Source: Perna viridis
Lineage: Eukaryota
NCBI GenBank assembly: GCA_037379345.1
Contig: CM074512.1
Coordinates: forward strand, 48,691,597-48,755,596
Length of the DNA stretch: 64,000 nt
Direction of reading: 5' to 3'
Of the stretch, positions 12,201-27,200 are shown one piece after another; position 1 is the stretch's first letter; each line of letters starts with the position of its first letter. A program made the translations under genes and the position numbers. The notes beneath the pieces were generated by a model. It was not told the origin of the DNA. It did not search any database and saw nothing but the letters and a program-made list of their open reading frames with translations.

Positions 12201-15200
12201 ATTAAAAATCAATCTCTTTACCATGACCCATAATGATAACATGACATAGTATTAAAGGATTATATCAAAATTTTACCATTGATCATGCATGTTTCATGTA
12301 ATTTATTATTATACATGTCTATACATGTACAAGCAGCATGATAGTGATCTCGGGTATTGATATAATGACATTATTGATTAACATGAAAAAATTTCATTTC
12401 TTTAAAGGAGTAATGAACAATTTTTATAAGTCTTCATACTTCATTCAAATGTGAATTTTTAAGTGTCAGTCTCTCTAAGAATCAGGCACTTGGTGAAACA
12501 AGGTATGAAAAAAAAAAAACACTATTTTGAAAGTTTAATTTAACTATTTGTGCCATCAGAATCATTGAAAAAAGTGAAGATTCTCCTTATCGCATTGGTA
12601 TTTTGATTAATAGTTTCTTTGAAATGCTTTGAAAATTAATTTTTCAAGGATAGATAACTGCCAAAAACCTCACTGTTATAATATACTATTGAAAATATTT
12701 TGTGAGCAAATCCAGTGATGCAGAGATAAAGAAAATGGTCTTTTTTGATAGAGAAAAATATCCTTGAGTGAAACTACATTGTCATATATATAGGTTTTTG
12801 ACATGCATGTTTCTGATTTTCTCCATTTTGCCTGATTCTTACAAATACTTACACATAATATTAATCTCCTAACTAGCTAGTTATTTTTCTGTAATAATTT
12901 TAGAAAATTTTTTGTGGAATGATTGAGCTTCAATTGCTGAAGATTTTCGTGTTTAATAATCTTTTTTTCTTTTTATCATCTGATGTTATTTTCCTGAACT
13001 TGTTTAGAATTTATTGTTGAAGGAAATTCCATGGTATTTCCTAATGTTTCCCATTTATACACATTGTCAATGGTTATAAATGGACAAAAAAGAACATTAC
13101 ATCACTATAATGACTTTTGTTCTGAAATGTCAGTGTAACAGTGTCAAATCCCTGACATTGTCTCATGTCATTTATTCTCCCTATTGATTTTATCTGGAGG
13201 AATTACACTCTGTCTCTTAACAAGCTAGAGTTAAAGAACATGCTTCTAGAATTGCTATGATAGGTAGCCTTCTTACTTCTTTATCACATAACAGTGATAA
13301 AAATTCTAGGTCTTCATATATGAGACATTAACATGTTTTTAAGGCGTAATATTTTACCCTTTTTGGTTCGTACCGCTTCTCATTTTCATAGGCAGATCCT
13401 GGGGCACTCTTATGCTATGTAATGGCAAATAGTGAAAAGTTTGATTCTTCTCTCAATACATGTCTTTCTGGTTTTCTAAGGTAGGAATTTCATTGAAGTT
13501 TTTTGACAATATCAAATGATATAAGGAAATAAATTTTCAGTGATATTTCTACAGTAAAATATATCACAGGGTTTTTCTTGTTTTAATACAGAGTTACTTC
13601 CCTTAATTTTGGTGCATGTTAGAGTATTTGATAAATAATTAGTTGATGAATATTTCCTTATTTGCTTGGTGTGATTTTTTTTTCTTATTTTCATTTCTGT
13701 TGATTCCTGCTGTGATATGACATTTTTTATACACCTTTTTCACTTTTCTTTCAGGTGTTATATTATATATTGTTTGTTATTTGTTTAGTTTTAATTTTCT
13801 TCTTTTTAATTAATTTTTTTTGTCCCCTTCAGTTTACCTTCAATATAGTGTAGTACAGAGATCTCCCGGGATAAAAGTCTTGAGTGTTCCATGGGAATTG
13901 ATGAATAAGGGAGGTGCTGCAACTTTAATATGCTATTTGTTATTTTCCATTACACTTTGAAGGGTCAACTTGGAAGGGTCTTTCGGTCTTTACCCTTTAA
14001 CTACAAACCCAGAACAGTTTGTTAATGTGAAGGAACTATGACCTCAAATCCCATTTCATAGCGGTTCCTGGTAGAGATAAGTTGGTCATCCAAGATAGAA
14101 GCTTCCACATTGATAATGGAACATGTTTATTGTATTCTTCTTACCCTTCTGGAGCACCTGAGTTTACTCTAGTTCTTTTTTTAAGGTTCATGCTGATTAT
14201 TTTTTGAGTTTCATGATGCTCATTTTGGAGCTCCTGAGTTTACCTCTACTTTTGCAAGTTTTCCATACGCTCATCTTTGAGTTTCTGAGTTAACCAAAGT
14301 TTTGCAAGTTTCATGCCGCTCATTGTGGAGCACTTGAATTTTCCCTATGTTGGCAAGTTTCATGCTGCTCATTTCGAAGTATTTGAGCTTACTCTAGATT
14401 TAAGAGGTTCTTGCCAATTGTTGCAAAACACCTGAGTTTACATTAGTATTGTTGGATTCATGCTGCTGATCTCTATGTATGTGTTTTGTTGTCTTTTTTA
14501 GTGTTTTGCCTACAGATTTTTCCTGCTTTGACAGTACCCCTGCTTTGACTGTACCCCAGCTTTGTCAGTACTCCTGCTTTGACAGTACCCCTGTGCTTTG
14601 TCAGTACCCCTGATTTGTCTTTCTGTTTGTGTTATAAAACAGTAGGAGAATCAAGAGTGTTGATGTTACTCAGTAGTTGACCTTGATAAAGTCACTATTG
14701 CACTTTTGTGATACCAGTTTGTCTCAGAAACCCCTGAACAAATTTTAACCTAACTTGGCAGGAATAATATATAGAAGGACCTTTACAGACTTGTTCAAAT
14801 CTTTGTACACAATGTGGAAGAACAAGATGAACATCCCCAAGTAATTTAGACTCTTATTGGTGAGCTTATCCCCTTTGAAGGTTTAAGATATCTTGAAACT
14901 TTGCAGAATTGTTTTAAGCAATGTCATCAGTTTATATACTTTAGGGAGTTGGTCAATACTTACTATTTAAACCCTTTGGTTTAGTCATTTGAAAGACATT
15001 CATAGTTAAACCCAATAAGTTGTTTTTTCAGGGGTTCAAAATTAGCACTGGCCAGAGGTCCCGTGCCTTCCAATTTCTGATGCAGGACATTGGAAATATC
15101 ATTACATCATAGGTTCTGGACCTACATTTTTGTACCATATGTACCTTTCCTTTTATTAAAGACCATTCACTTAGGATGCAAATAGGTTCAGGACCTGTCA

Positions 15201-18200
15201 CTCTTGAAAGTAAATTTTAATCCCTGTTCCTTACTCAAATGATTGGTTCGGGGATGAAGATAATTAAACAAATAAATATGCATGTGTATAGAAGGCAAGC
15301 CAAACCATACTTTGGGGAAGTTTTAATGTTTCTTTTATTAATAAAAGCATAATTGTATTGTCGTTCTTATGTTGGTTGCATTTACATGTTTTGTTTTAAA
15401 GTTGCATGTATCTGTTTAACTTACTAAAACTTTGTTGTTGTTGTTTTAATTTTTTTTCATAGTTTTGTTTTACAATTGTTTTTTAGTTTTTTAATTTTAT
15501 TAAAATTTTATTTAGCTTTTTCAGTGTTGTTGTTTTTAGATTCCACTCTGTTGTCTTAAAACTTAACTAGCTCCACATGTGTTATGAAATATACTTACCA
15601 ATATTTCTTAATTAAAATGCATGACCCAGTTCCATAAATATCTTTAAACTGAGATTTTCTTGAAATAAAATGCTTTCATGCCATCTGGTTATTAAAAGTT
15701 GAGTTGAGGATGAATTTTTGGAAAACTCAATTAAGATTTTTGTGAAACCTGGGCCAGCTCTAAAATTATCAGTTACTAATACTGAATTTAGTTACTGATT
15801 TGTGAGGTTAGGATCATCCTTTACAATCAGCTCATTTTTTTGAATGGCGTAAACAGTAAAACCTATTTATACAAAAACCTGAAAACCTGTCCAAACCAGA
15901 CACTTTTATCTATACAAAAACCTGAAAACCTGTCCAAACCACTTTTATCTATACAAAAACCTGAAAACCTTTAAAAAAACAGACACCTTTAGAAGTCCCT
16001 ATAATTTAAGTTTGATTGTACTGTATAGCAGGTTATTTTAGCAGGTGTAAAATTTGGCAATTTTGAAGCAAACAAGTATACCAAATAATTTGGTATTTTT
16101 AATTTTGGTGGATGCTAATTGGTGCTTTGAGTACTTAAGCACATGGTAAATATTTGGAGGAATTTATTTTTGTGTTTTTTAGACACACCGTTAAAATATG
16201 TGAAAATCAGCACCCGCAAAAATTACCCACAATATGGTATGTTTAACCTGAATAAATTAAACACCTGTCTAATCCAAACAAATTTATGTGTCCATAAGGG
16301 ACTCTAAATTATTTAGACAGGTCTTACTATATTCAGATTCACCATCGTAAGGGAAAATAACAAATATACGTAAATGTACAAGTTATGCCAATTTTTAAGA
16401 ATGTATTGAAGATATTTGTAAACTGTACATGGAAATGTTATTATGGATCTCAACTGTTATCTGTCTCAAGGGTCCTATTATAAGGTATCGGTAATTACCA
16501 TATATTGAGAATAACATGTTTTATTTTGAACTTTTATATCTGAATTATTTATGTGAGTAAATGAAGATTTATACAGCATTCTCTGTGTCAATAGATTCAG
16601 TCAAGATTTTTTCTCGCCCTCTTCCCCACAACATAACTAAACAATTTGATTTGTTCTCTCGGAGCAAACTAGGTTGAGGTCATTAATGTAGATAGATCTG
16701 CTGTCTATGATTTTTTTTATCACAAAGCAATTTTTAATATTTGGGCTGAAATCCATTAGAAATAAAATTACAAAGAATGTTCACTTATTTTATAACAGGT
16801 CATACAAATTAACCTGGTTTGGGCCAGTTACACATTTTATAAACTGCTTCACAGGTAACGAGTGTAAACTGCCACAAACCATGTTGGTGTGTATACTTGT
16901 AATCTTTGCTTTGTAGCCTTAACCTTTTCTGCTATTTTCAAGTCTGTAGACAGATCATTTACTGCTAATTTGTACATATTTCAGTTTTAACAGACACTCT
17001 AGTCGTATTTTGCTTAGTTTGTGCTTGGCTGAATAGCTTCATATTTTGTGTAGGGAACTATGATAAGCTGTACCTGTATTTTTATCTTAAAATCATCAAA
17101 TTTACCTTATATTTCAAAAGAAAAGAGACGAAATGCATTTCCTCTTCTGAATTCAAGAGTAATTATCTTCACTATCTTAAGTTTTTTTTTATACCAGACC
17201 ATATTCAGACACTGCTAATGTGATTCATGGTGTAGAAAAACCCATGGATCAGATGATGCCATTTTGGTCTATGTATGCTATAATTTTATATGACAATAGT
17301 CCTTTCTGCATTTGGATCTGTACTTTTGAGAAAACTACACTTCAACCTCCCACTAAAATCAACCAAGTCAAACCAAATCAAGAACAATAACTCTTGCAAA
17401 GTGATAATTCCATGTACAATCTATAGAAATTTTATCTCAAAATGACAAAAACTAAGACTGGTTATTTGATCCTATAACAATTTCTGAAAAAGAAATAAAA
17501 GTGAATTTGATGGGTTTTTGTCATGCATGATTTACCCTTGTCTGATTTTTATTAAAAACTGGCATCGTATTCACAAAAAGGTGCTATGTGTGAAATTGAT
17601 CATAAATTATGACGTCACAATACTATTTTAGGTTGTGATGTCATTACTTACGATCAACTTTACTCTTACGATTTTTTTGTGAATTTGACACCTGGTACTT
17701 AGTTGTTTATCTGTATATTATTTCTTGAATTTGTTTCCAAAACTGTCATGATATTTTTTTTCTTTTTTTTTTTTTTTTTTTAGATTTTTAGAGTTATAGC
17801 TAGGCTTTCAATGTATTTTGACATTTTCAGCTGCACATGCTTTGAAGTAATTGTGGTTATGTTATCTTTAATAAATTACAACATTCTGAGAGCTATAGTC
17901 ATCTTAATGTTAATGCTTTTGGTTTTATTTTGTTAAAAGTCAGTTCATAATTACTTAACGAAATTTCAACTAAAATCCAAATAAAATTGAAGTATAATGA
18001 ATGAAATACTAAATGTACTTGCAGTATACCTTTCATACATGTACCTATCTTTTCGGTAGGTGTAATTTTTAGAACATTCATGATTTTCTGTACACACATA
18101 ATAGAAAAATAAAAACAAACCATTTGTATTATACAGTTCCAAATTTGCTACAAAAATGGCATTTGTATTTATTTATCCTTTCATTGAGACGAAGAATTTA

Positions 18201-21200
18201 CAAGCCTGTCCATTACTCTGTATGAAAAGGTAATACCTTTAACATTCAGATTTCTCTTATTTTGTTATTGTGTATGATAGAAAATTAGCACCAGAAAGCA
18301 ATGCACCTGCTATTAAGAAAGATAACTCTTGAAACTTGGGGACAACTCTAGAGAATATCAGAAAAAAATTTTTAAATTTGCCAATGTAAAAAAAATCATG
18401 GGAAGGAGGAAACCTGTAAAATTTTCCTGGTAGAGTTGTACAGATTTTTTGATATAATGATTCTACAGTTCAGCTAAAAATTGCTTTCATTTAGCAAATG
18501 TTTTTTTCTCTATTTCACAGATTGACTATTGTTTGTACAGTAATCTTGTTCATGTTTTCTTGGTTTGACAGTAAAAAAACTACAATTTTTATGACCAACT
18601 TCTTTAAGTTTGGGATCCTTAACATTATTCCAGACCAAATTTTACCGGTATTTACAACCATTGATTTCCATCTTCTTGTACTACACATGCTACAGATTAA
18701 ATGTTCATGTCAGTACACTCTCCAATGTTTCCCCATTAAGAAGTTTCCCTGTCCAACTTCTTTCTGATTGCCCTATTGTAATGGTTCTCTTCAGGATGAG
18801 CCACTTAATCTAATACAATGCACAATCCATTCCATATTAAGACAAAGAATTGAAGTAGAGTGACTCATTGTTAATTTTACATGCTTAGAAAATTAATAGT
18901 AAACATCTTCAGTACAATTGTGTAAAGCATCACCCTGTCATGAAGGAAAGGAACTTGTTAAGAAGTGAACAGTTGATGAATCAGTTTAATCCCTTGTCTT
19001 TGTAATGGAGAATTGTTTTGAGCTATTCATCCACTAATAATTTATTAGAAAATCTGTTACATCAGTGAAATTAAGAAATCAATCACTACCTTAACTTAGA
19101 AATGAATAGCTTAGCAATGTTTTTATTAGTGACATTATAAAACTCCGTTCATGATTACAGTATATTCTCAAAATTCCAGTCTATTTTTGTTTTGGCAGAA
19201 ACTATCCAACGACTTAAAATATTTTTAACATGATTGTATGGTAGTTAGGTATACTGTTTCTATACTGTGGCTTCTAAGAATACTTTGATGGTTTATATTG
19301 ATTTTAACATAACATTTTAAATATAGAAAAATACTTTTTTTATTCCTGTGTTTGTATTACATGTCACTACCTTAGTGTGTTAGATAATCGTGCCATCACT
19401 ATGTTTAGTCTAGTGCTAATTGCTGATGTTTTTATATATAATTATTTTACATATTGTTTGAATTCTATTGTTATAAGACTGCAAATTTAATTAGTTTTCT
19501 TTGGTAAAACAAATGGCATATTTTAATTCTAACAGAAAGGTGACTTTACAAGTTTATCTTTCACTTTAAAATATGATTACAAATTAGAAGCCCGTACAAA
19601 CCAACCAAATTTCGCACACCATTCAGGATTGATACTCAACAATTGGTTAAATAATGGTAGAATATCATGCAATTGTCTACATTACTAACCCCCCCCACCC
19701 CCCACCCCCCCGTACCCCCAAAGAAAAATTATTTCATTTAAAGTATAGGAGCTTGTATTTTGAATACTGACTAGTGTAGAGAAAGCAATTTCGATTGAGA
19801 TACTGTGGTAGTTTCTTTAGTGAAACTAAATAAGATATAAGTCTTCCGTCACATAAAATGTTTTGTATCAAATATACTTGACTTGTTGCATCAAAATTTT
19901 TGTGTTTTGGGACCAAGCTTTTCTAAAAATATGTATGATTTAAAAGATACTTACCAACTTACCAGATATTCTTGTTTATGTTTGGAATATCAGTTCAAAG
20001 CATTTCATGCTTTATCCTTTCTTCAGACATGAAAGTATATATACTCTTCACATTTACTTAGTACCTGAGGGCAAATTTTCAATAATTGAACCAAGATAAT
20101 ACAATAAGTCACCACCTTTAAATTAGATGATAAAAATCTGTAACTCTAATCACAGAGATATAAAAGCGAACACAATTTCTTTCATAGTTTTGCAAAAAAT
20201 AAGGCTTTGGCACAACAACAAAAAAACAATTTTATAGACAATTCATAAATCTTTAAAGATCTGTAACCCTTTAGTGATAACATGTTTTTACAAATTTATC
20301 AATCACTTTTGATTCTTGACACAATGTACATGTATATTTTAGCTTCAACTTTGTATTTGTGATATTTTTGTTATGCAATGCTACTGTTTAAATTGGAATT
20401 GTCATAAGTCATAAAATAGTTGTATTAGGACATGATGTTTTTTTTCCTTCAAATTTGTATTTTAAGTAGTACTCCAGCTAAGACTCATGCAAATTCTGTA
20501 ATATGTGATACACCCCAAAAAAGGCTACACATTTTTATTTTTGTTATTAAGTTGTTTTTTTAGGCCTATATGATGACATGTATAATCATTTATTCCAATC
20601 TGTCTGCTATTAGGAGAAACAATTCACATTGAAAATCCAATGGTTTCTATTGTATTTTAGTGTCATTTACATAGTTATCTTCCTTTAGTTTGAATTCTAC
20701 AGTACATTCTATGTAACTTATATCTCTTATGAACAGGGGTTATTTGAAAAGCCATGTGTTAATTTTTATTTACTACAAAGTTTTAAATTAAGTATCAAAA
20801 ATGAAAATATGTAAGCTTTCCATCCATGAACCACATTTTGCATGATTCTTAGCTGGAGTACTACTTAAATGTTTGGTTATTGGTATTTATATGTATGTGA
20901 ATCTTGATTGAAAATTTTGTAAAGAAAAAAAAATAACCAGGTAGTTTGTAAGCTGTGTTGGGGATGAATAAATACATTGTTTTTATGACTTCTGATGCAT
21001 TTGAAGGGAAATTACATCTGTAACAATGCTGAATTTGGTATTTTTGGGGGTAACCAAAACAAATCCCCTGAAAACAATAGTCTTCTGATGCATCACTCAT
21101 ATTATGACTGCTACATGTAAAAAAGATACTTTTTCAGAAACACTACAAAGCAATTTTTAACAGCACCTTTAAATATATAATTGAACAGTATCTTCAGTAT

Positions 21201-24200
21201 ATATATATACAGATGCAGACCTAGTTGTTTTACTGCTAAATTAAAGAAAAAAGATTGAATTTGTGACTTTGAAATATTTGTAATTTTTACTTTCTTTTAC
21301 CATTACAAAACATACAGACGAAATAAAAAACCTGATGTATGCTTCGGTTCTATAATCAGTTCTCTAAATATCACCTAAACCACCCAGTAACCTTAAATTA
21401 TAACTACAATATCCTTTCAATACAAGTTATCTGACACTTTTTCTCATTTAAAAAAAAAATTATTTTCTCTTTTTACTCTTTCATTGTAGTATTACATTTG
21501 GATTTTTTTCTTTGATTTTTGTTGTCTTGTTCAACCTCCTAGAGAACAAAAATAATCTATCATTTGAATAGTGCTATTTCCTTTATAACTTTTCTTTTGC
21601 TTTCCTGTGAGCTTTTAGTTTAAAGTAACTATCAGCTGGTTGCAAGATTGAGTGCATCTAATGAGGTTTATTGTCTTCGATTTTATAAAAGAAGAAAAAA
21701 GTGTCAGTTGTAAAAAGTGAATTTTCTCCATATTGAGTTAATAGTGGAATTGTTTTCTAATGAAGGTGGTTACCTAGTCATAAGTTCAGAACTCTGTCTG
21801 AATATAATGGAGTGATAATTGTTAATGCTATAATTTTTCTAGTTAACGGCACATTTGTGATGATATGAAATGAGGCCTCCTGTTGAGAGTTTCTTTCATT
21901 TATTATTTACCAGTAGGTTTTTGTTGCAATAAATTGATATTCACAGTTTTTTGGTTCTTCATATATTCTGTTGTAATTGGATAGGAAAGTGAAGGCTGTT
22001 TTAATGAATAAATGGAAAGATGCAATGTGGCCATATTGATTTTTCTGTCCTTGGAACAAAAAGTCTCAATTGTGAACTGTCATCTTCCAGCATCTTTTAG
22101 CTATCTCTCTGATAAACTTCAAAATCTTTAGAATCAGTCCTAGGCTTGTAACATATTGTCGATTCTCTGCTCTGTAAGATGTACAAGCAAGATGTTGATT
22201 AATCAATCAATCTTTGGTTATTGAAGCTCTCTGTGAAATTTTATCTATCATATCTGTTATTTGTTTTCTTATGAGTCTGGTACAAGTTATGAAAATAAAT
22301 GAGTTTAAGAATCATCAACCTTGAGATGTTTTCAAAGCTTAATCAGAAAATATCAAACTACATCAACACAGCTCAAAACATGACTAAATTTGACATTCTA
22401 TTGAGAACTACTCAACTACACATACATAATAAATATACATTGGATTATTTTAATTTATAAATAGGGAGGGGTGAATTTTTCAGCATTTTTCTGGATTTCC
22501 CAGAATGCATCAGAAGTAATGTGATTGGTTAAGAAAATGAAGGGTTTTTGGAACTGAGTGGATTTTGATTGGATGACTTGTTAATTATAGAGTAGCTCTT
22601 CATTAACCTGTTCTGTCAGCATGGTCCAATAGTATCAGAGACACGATTTGAACATCTAAGTGACTCTGTCCCAAGCTAATATCAATATATAATCTTTTAT
22701 AACTTCTTGAGAGGGTCTACAGGGTAGGCTAATGATTATTGATTTTTAGTAAGAAAAATCTGAAGCTGCAACATGAAATTCTATTCCTTTTATAGACAAT
22801 ATTTAACCTGGCTCCAACTTGATGAAGTGTCTTACTGGAGCCTAACATAATCAAAGATTTTTACCATTGATTATTTCTATGTGCTGAAGTAAGCCACACA
22901 AACATTGTTTGAATTATTTAATTCAATACAGCTATTGATTTTAGTGAAATTTCCTGAGGGAAGACCTTTATTATCTGTTCTGTTAACTTTATGGTACTTT
23001 TGGAATGGCTATTAAGTATTAGAATGCTAATTCTAATGTCAGGAGCATTCTCCTGTAAAGAACAGTGGTGAAGCTCAGTTTTAGAAATTGGACTTAACCT
23101 CTCCTTGCATTGAAAAGTTTTCATTTTGTTTTTTTTATTATTATTATTATTATAGTTTAATGATTTTTATTTGCTTCTGAGCAGAACTTGGAAAGTGGTT
23201 ATTGATAAATATATCAAACTAGGAAATATATGGCCACAATGAGAAAATTCCTAGATTTATAAAATTAGGGCACAGGCAAATTAAATTTTTGATTTGTTAT
23301 CAATTTAAATGAAAATTGATGTCAATTTGAAAGAAATTTACCTAATAAATTTTCTTTTTTCGGAAGATAAAAAAGGTGGGTCCTGAGGGGTTGAGAATCT
23401 AAGATATTTTATTTATTTTGGCCTAATGGTCGTTGTCTAGCAGCAAAATCAAGGTTAAGACAATTGGTAGTATTTTGGAGTGAAGTACAAAACAAAATGT
23501 CATTTAGTTGTTGAAAAAATGCCATTTGGTCCTTGATGTTTAGGAAAAAAAAACATTGAATGACTTTAGCGGCTCGAAATCAGTTTTTTTTTAAGCTAGC
23601 AGTGATACCATTGACAGTTTTCTTACTTAAACCAAACTTCTGATTGGCTGTATTACTTGTGTAATAGCTGTTGTTCATATGCTCTAGCATTTTGATTGGC
23701 TACTACTATTAAACTGGTTCTCTTATTCTACAGAAGTGTGGAATCAGTTCGAGTTTTTCCTATAGACCCTCATTTTAGATTTTGAAATGATGTTGCACAT
23801 TGACAGGGTTGATTATTGCATTTACTTTACAGATGATTATTTCTTCACAACTAATTATTATAAAAGACTACCCACCGTGCCAAAAATGATGAATAATTAA
23901 ATATCTCCATATCTATCTTATCTGATACACAACATAAAGATGGCAGCTATTTAAACCTTTGGTACAGAGATAAAACAGTAGATTTTTTTTAAGATAATTG
24001 ATTTGTAATCAACAATTTAAATCATACATGTATTACATATTTTACAGTATGTATTGTCTGATAGTGCTAGTTTGTTCATAGATCTACAGAAATCTATATT
24101 TTATATGCATACGATAAAATTCCACCTGTTGGATTGAAATTTATTGTTAATGCCTCAAAATTTGGCATGCAACAGCTTTTTATAGTAGTAATTAGTAATT

Positions 24201-27200
24201 GATTCAAAGTTGACTTTAAACGTCATTCATAAAAAAAAATACAAAATCCTTTAATTTAAGGCGACAAACGTAATATAAGGGTTTTTGTTACAAGCATTAG
24301 ATATTGTTTATCATGATTAAATTGGTATAGTGAGATTAAAAAAGTTGTGTTTCCCTAGTATAGACGAAAATCCTATAAAATATAATATGCATTGATGTAA
24401 TTTGACTTTTCTGTGACCAATGTTGATGAGAAGCTTGACAATAGTCAAATTGGCTTCTTTAGTTATTGATTTTACTATTAAGTGCCAAGATTCATACATT
24501 GGTCAGACAAATTTGGTACTAGCAGTGTGGGTAAATTATTTGTTTGGTCACACTTATTATTAGATTAGGTTAGAGTCTTTATTCATCACTATGACATGGT
24601 TAGGAAGCTATCGACTGAGGCTGATCAATTAACATCTGGGTAATCTTGGAGTGTAAAAAAAACACTTTTTGTTAAAAAAAAATATACAAATATCCAAACA
24701 TTTTATGCATATATATTGATTATAGATAACATAAATAAAATATGAAAACAGAATTTTTTGGACAGCTAAAATCACGTATTTTGTCAAGATGTAGCTGGTA
24801 ATTTTGGCATATTTTAGTAGTCTTTCTAAAACTGACAAAATAAATTCTGAAAAATTATACTCTAGGCTCAAAATTAGAAGAGCCAAAATTTTTTTTATAC
24901 ATTTTTTCCTCAGAGTCGCCAAATTTTACTCTCACCAAAATAACCTGCTATATGCTAACACTAGTGTGATTGCTCATATATGTTTGTTGGACACTAGTGT
25001 GGATGATCATATATGTTTGTTGGACGCTAGTGTGATTGATCATATATGTTTGTTGGACACTAGTGTGATTGATCACATATGTTTGTTAGATACATGTATA
25101 AACAAAAATTTAAATTGCAGTTTTTTTCAGTAGTATATCCCATGCAAACTTTCATAGCAAAGTAGAAATATTTTATATTAATAAATTGATGAAACTTTTT
25201 ATCAAAATGAAAATATTGGAAGGATTAAGTGTAATAAATTGAAACCTAAGTGAAATTTAAATGCTATTTAAACAGTCATCCAACCTATAAGGACCAACCC
25301 TATTTCAATCAAGTAGAGCTATGTGACCAAGAATTATTCTATTTCTTCCGATTGAGAGAGTTTGCATATTTCATCTGTGTAATACCTCAGATAATTCAGC
25401 ATGTTATTCCATGACTACCAATATCTGCTGGAAGATATTAGTTTCACAGCTAGATTTATGTTAGAGGAAGGCAATATCTTCCCTTAATTTTGAAGTAATT
25501 GTAAAGTTAAAGTGATTATCCACTATAGCCTAATTATACAATGATACATCAGTAATCAATATGCTGCACTGTAGATTGTACTTAAACATGCAAATATTTA
25601 TTGCTGAGAGGTTTATTGTTCAACCAGTCACAATTATACAGGTCCTAATAGCATTTTACTGGCAGTTGATCTTAGATACAAGCATGAGTAGAGATTAGGC
25701 AGGGTCATTTGGCTATTGCTAAGAGGTTATTATGTAAAGTCACAATTATGCTGGTCCTAATAGCATTTTACTGACAGTTGATTTTATGTACATGCCTGTA
25801 TAAAGTTCAGGCAGGGCTATTTGGTGTGATCTTTTACTTTAAGTGACAGTTGGCGTTAGGTACAGGCCTTTGTAGAGTCCAGACAGAGTTGGTTGATGTA
25901 AACTTCTTATACTGTATTTATAAGTATTATGTGATACCATACAAAAAGTTTTGTGTCTGTCCATCTGTTGGCCTCATCCTCAGTTTCCAGAAGATAACTT
26001 GAGGACAGGTCATTGATATTTTTCTTTAAAAAAAATTTACGCAGTTGTTAAATACCATTAATTACAGGTTAAGTTCAATTTTCAACAAATCCAAAATGTA
26101 GTTTTCATGTTAAGCTGATTTGAACATTACGCCATTCCCCCTCCATTTTTCACCATTACATGGGAGGAGGGGGTTAACCACTTAATGTTCCATTTATGCC
26201 CTATTTTTCGTGGTACAATTATTGTCACCATGTACAGAATCATAAAAAAACTTTAAATTTTGGTTCAATGTACTTATTAGTTAGCTTCTGCATTTTTTAA
26301 AATTTAGTCTTAGTTTTACAAAAGTATTACTTTTGATGTTGTGAACCATTTTCATTATTAATTGAATCAAAATTAAGATCTGTTTTATCATAATTTTTGT
26401 AGGAGTTATTCCCCTTAGTATAGCTTTATTCTAATGCATATTGATATATGAAGCTCAGTGATAACTGAAAGCAAAAGTTATAGATATGTAAAGCACAGAA
26501 ATATCTATGTTTATAAATTCTTAATGAATCAAGTTAGTGCTGTACTTTCCCATGGTATTACAAATGAATTTTTTTCTCATGTTTTTATATGTATAGAGAT
26601 GATGGAACATATGTTAGTGATCATATTTCATGCCTTAATGTGTTTGATATTATGGAAACATTATTCATTATACATGTATTATTTTTTTAATTTCTAGTGT
26701 TATGTAATGTGGTATTGATGGATTATATTTTGCATTGAACTACCTATGTATTTGTTACGCTGTAACAATGTAAATGATTGATTTTTGATGTTAGAGAATA
26801 TTGTTATTGATGATATAGGTCAGAGGCAACAGCATAGGCAAACTTATATATATTGACTGTCTATCAGTGCAAAGCATGTGATACTTTTATCAAGTTATAA
26901 CTAAAAATTAATAGTAAGGCTATGAAATTACTTATTTCTTCATGAAATGGTTTCCCAAGAAATCAAATTGAACTTGTTGATATTTATACTGCAACCATAC
27001 CAGTATACCAACACTGACTGAAAATAACTTCGTGTATTGTTTTGACGTTGTCAGGATGTTGATCATTTTTAAATTTTTTTTTTAAATGTTTTTTTCTGCT
27101 TTTAAAAGTTATTTTTCATTCAAATTTGCATTGCAATATAAAGACAAGAACAGTGCACTTACTTGACATCAACTTTGATATATGACTTGTGCTTGAACCA

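Noticed and set aside
18630-18900. Possible minus-strand RTE LINE 3' end
   Set aside because: Only faint motif resemblance (RRWKSMVVN); too decayed to call.
19688-19720. C-run cluster as a functional G-quadruplex on the minus strand
   Set aside because: Isolated low-complexity tract with no supporting context.
24629-25133. 97-aa and 109-aa ORFs
   Set aside because: Produced by AT-rich repeat sequence and a 33-bp minisatellite; no splice-phase fit to FARP.
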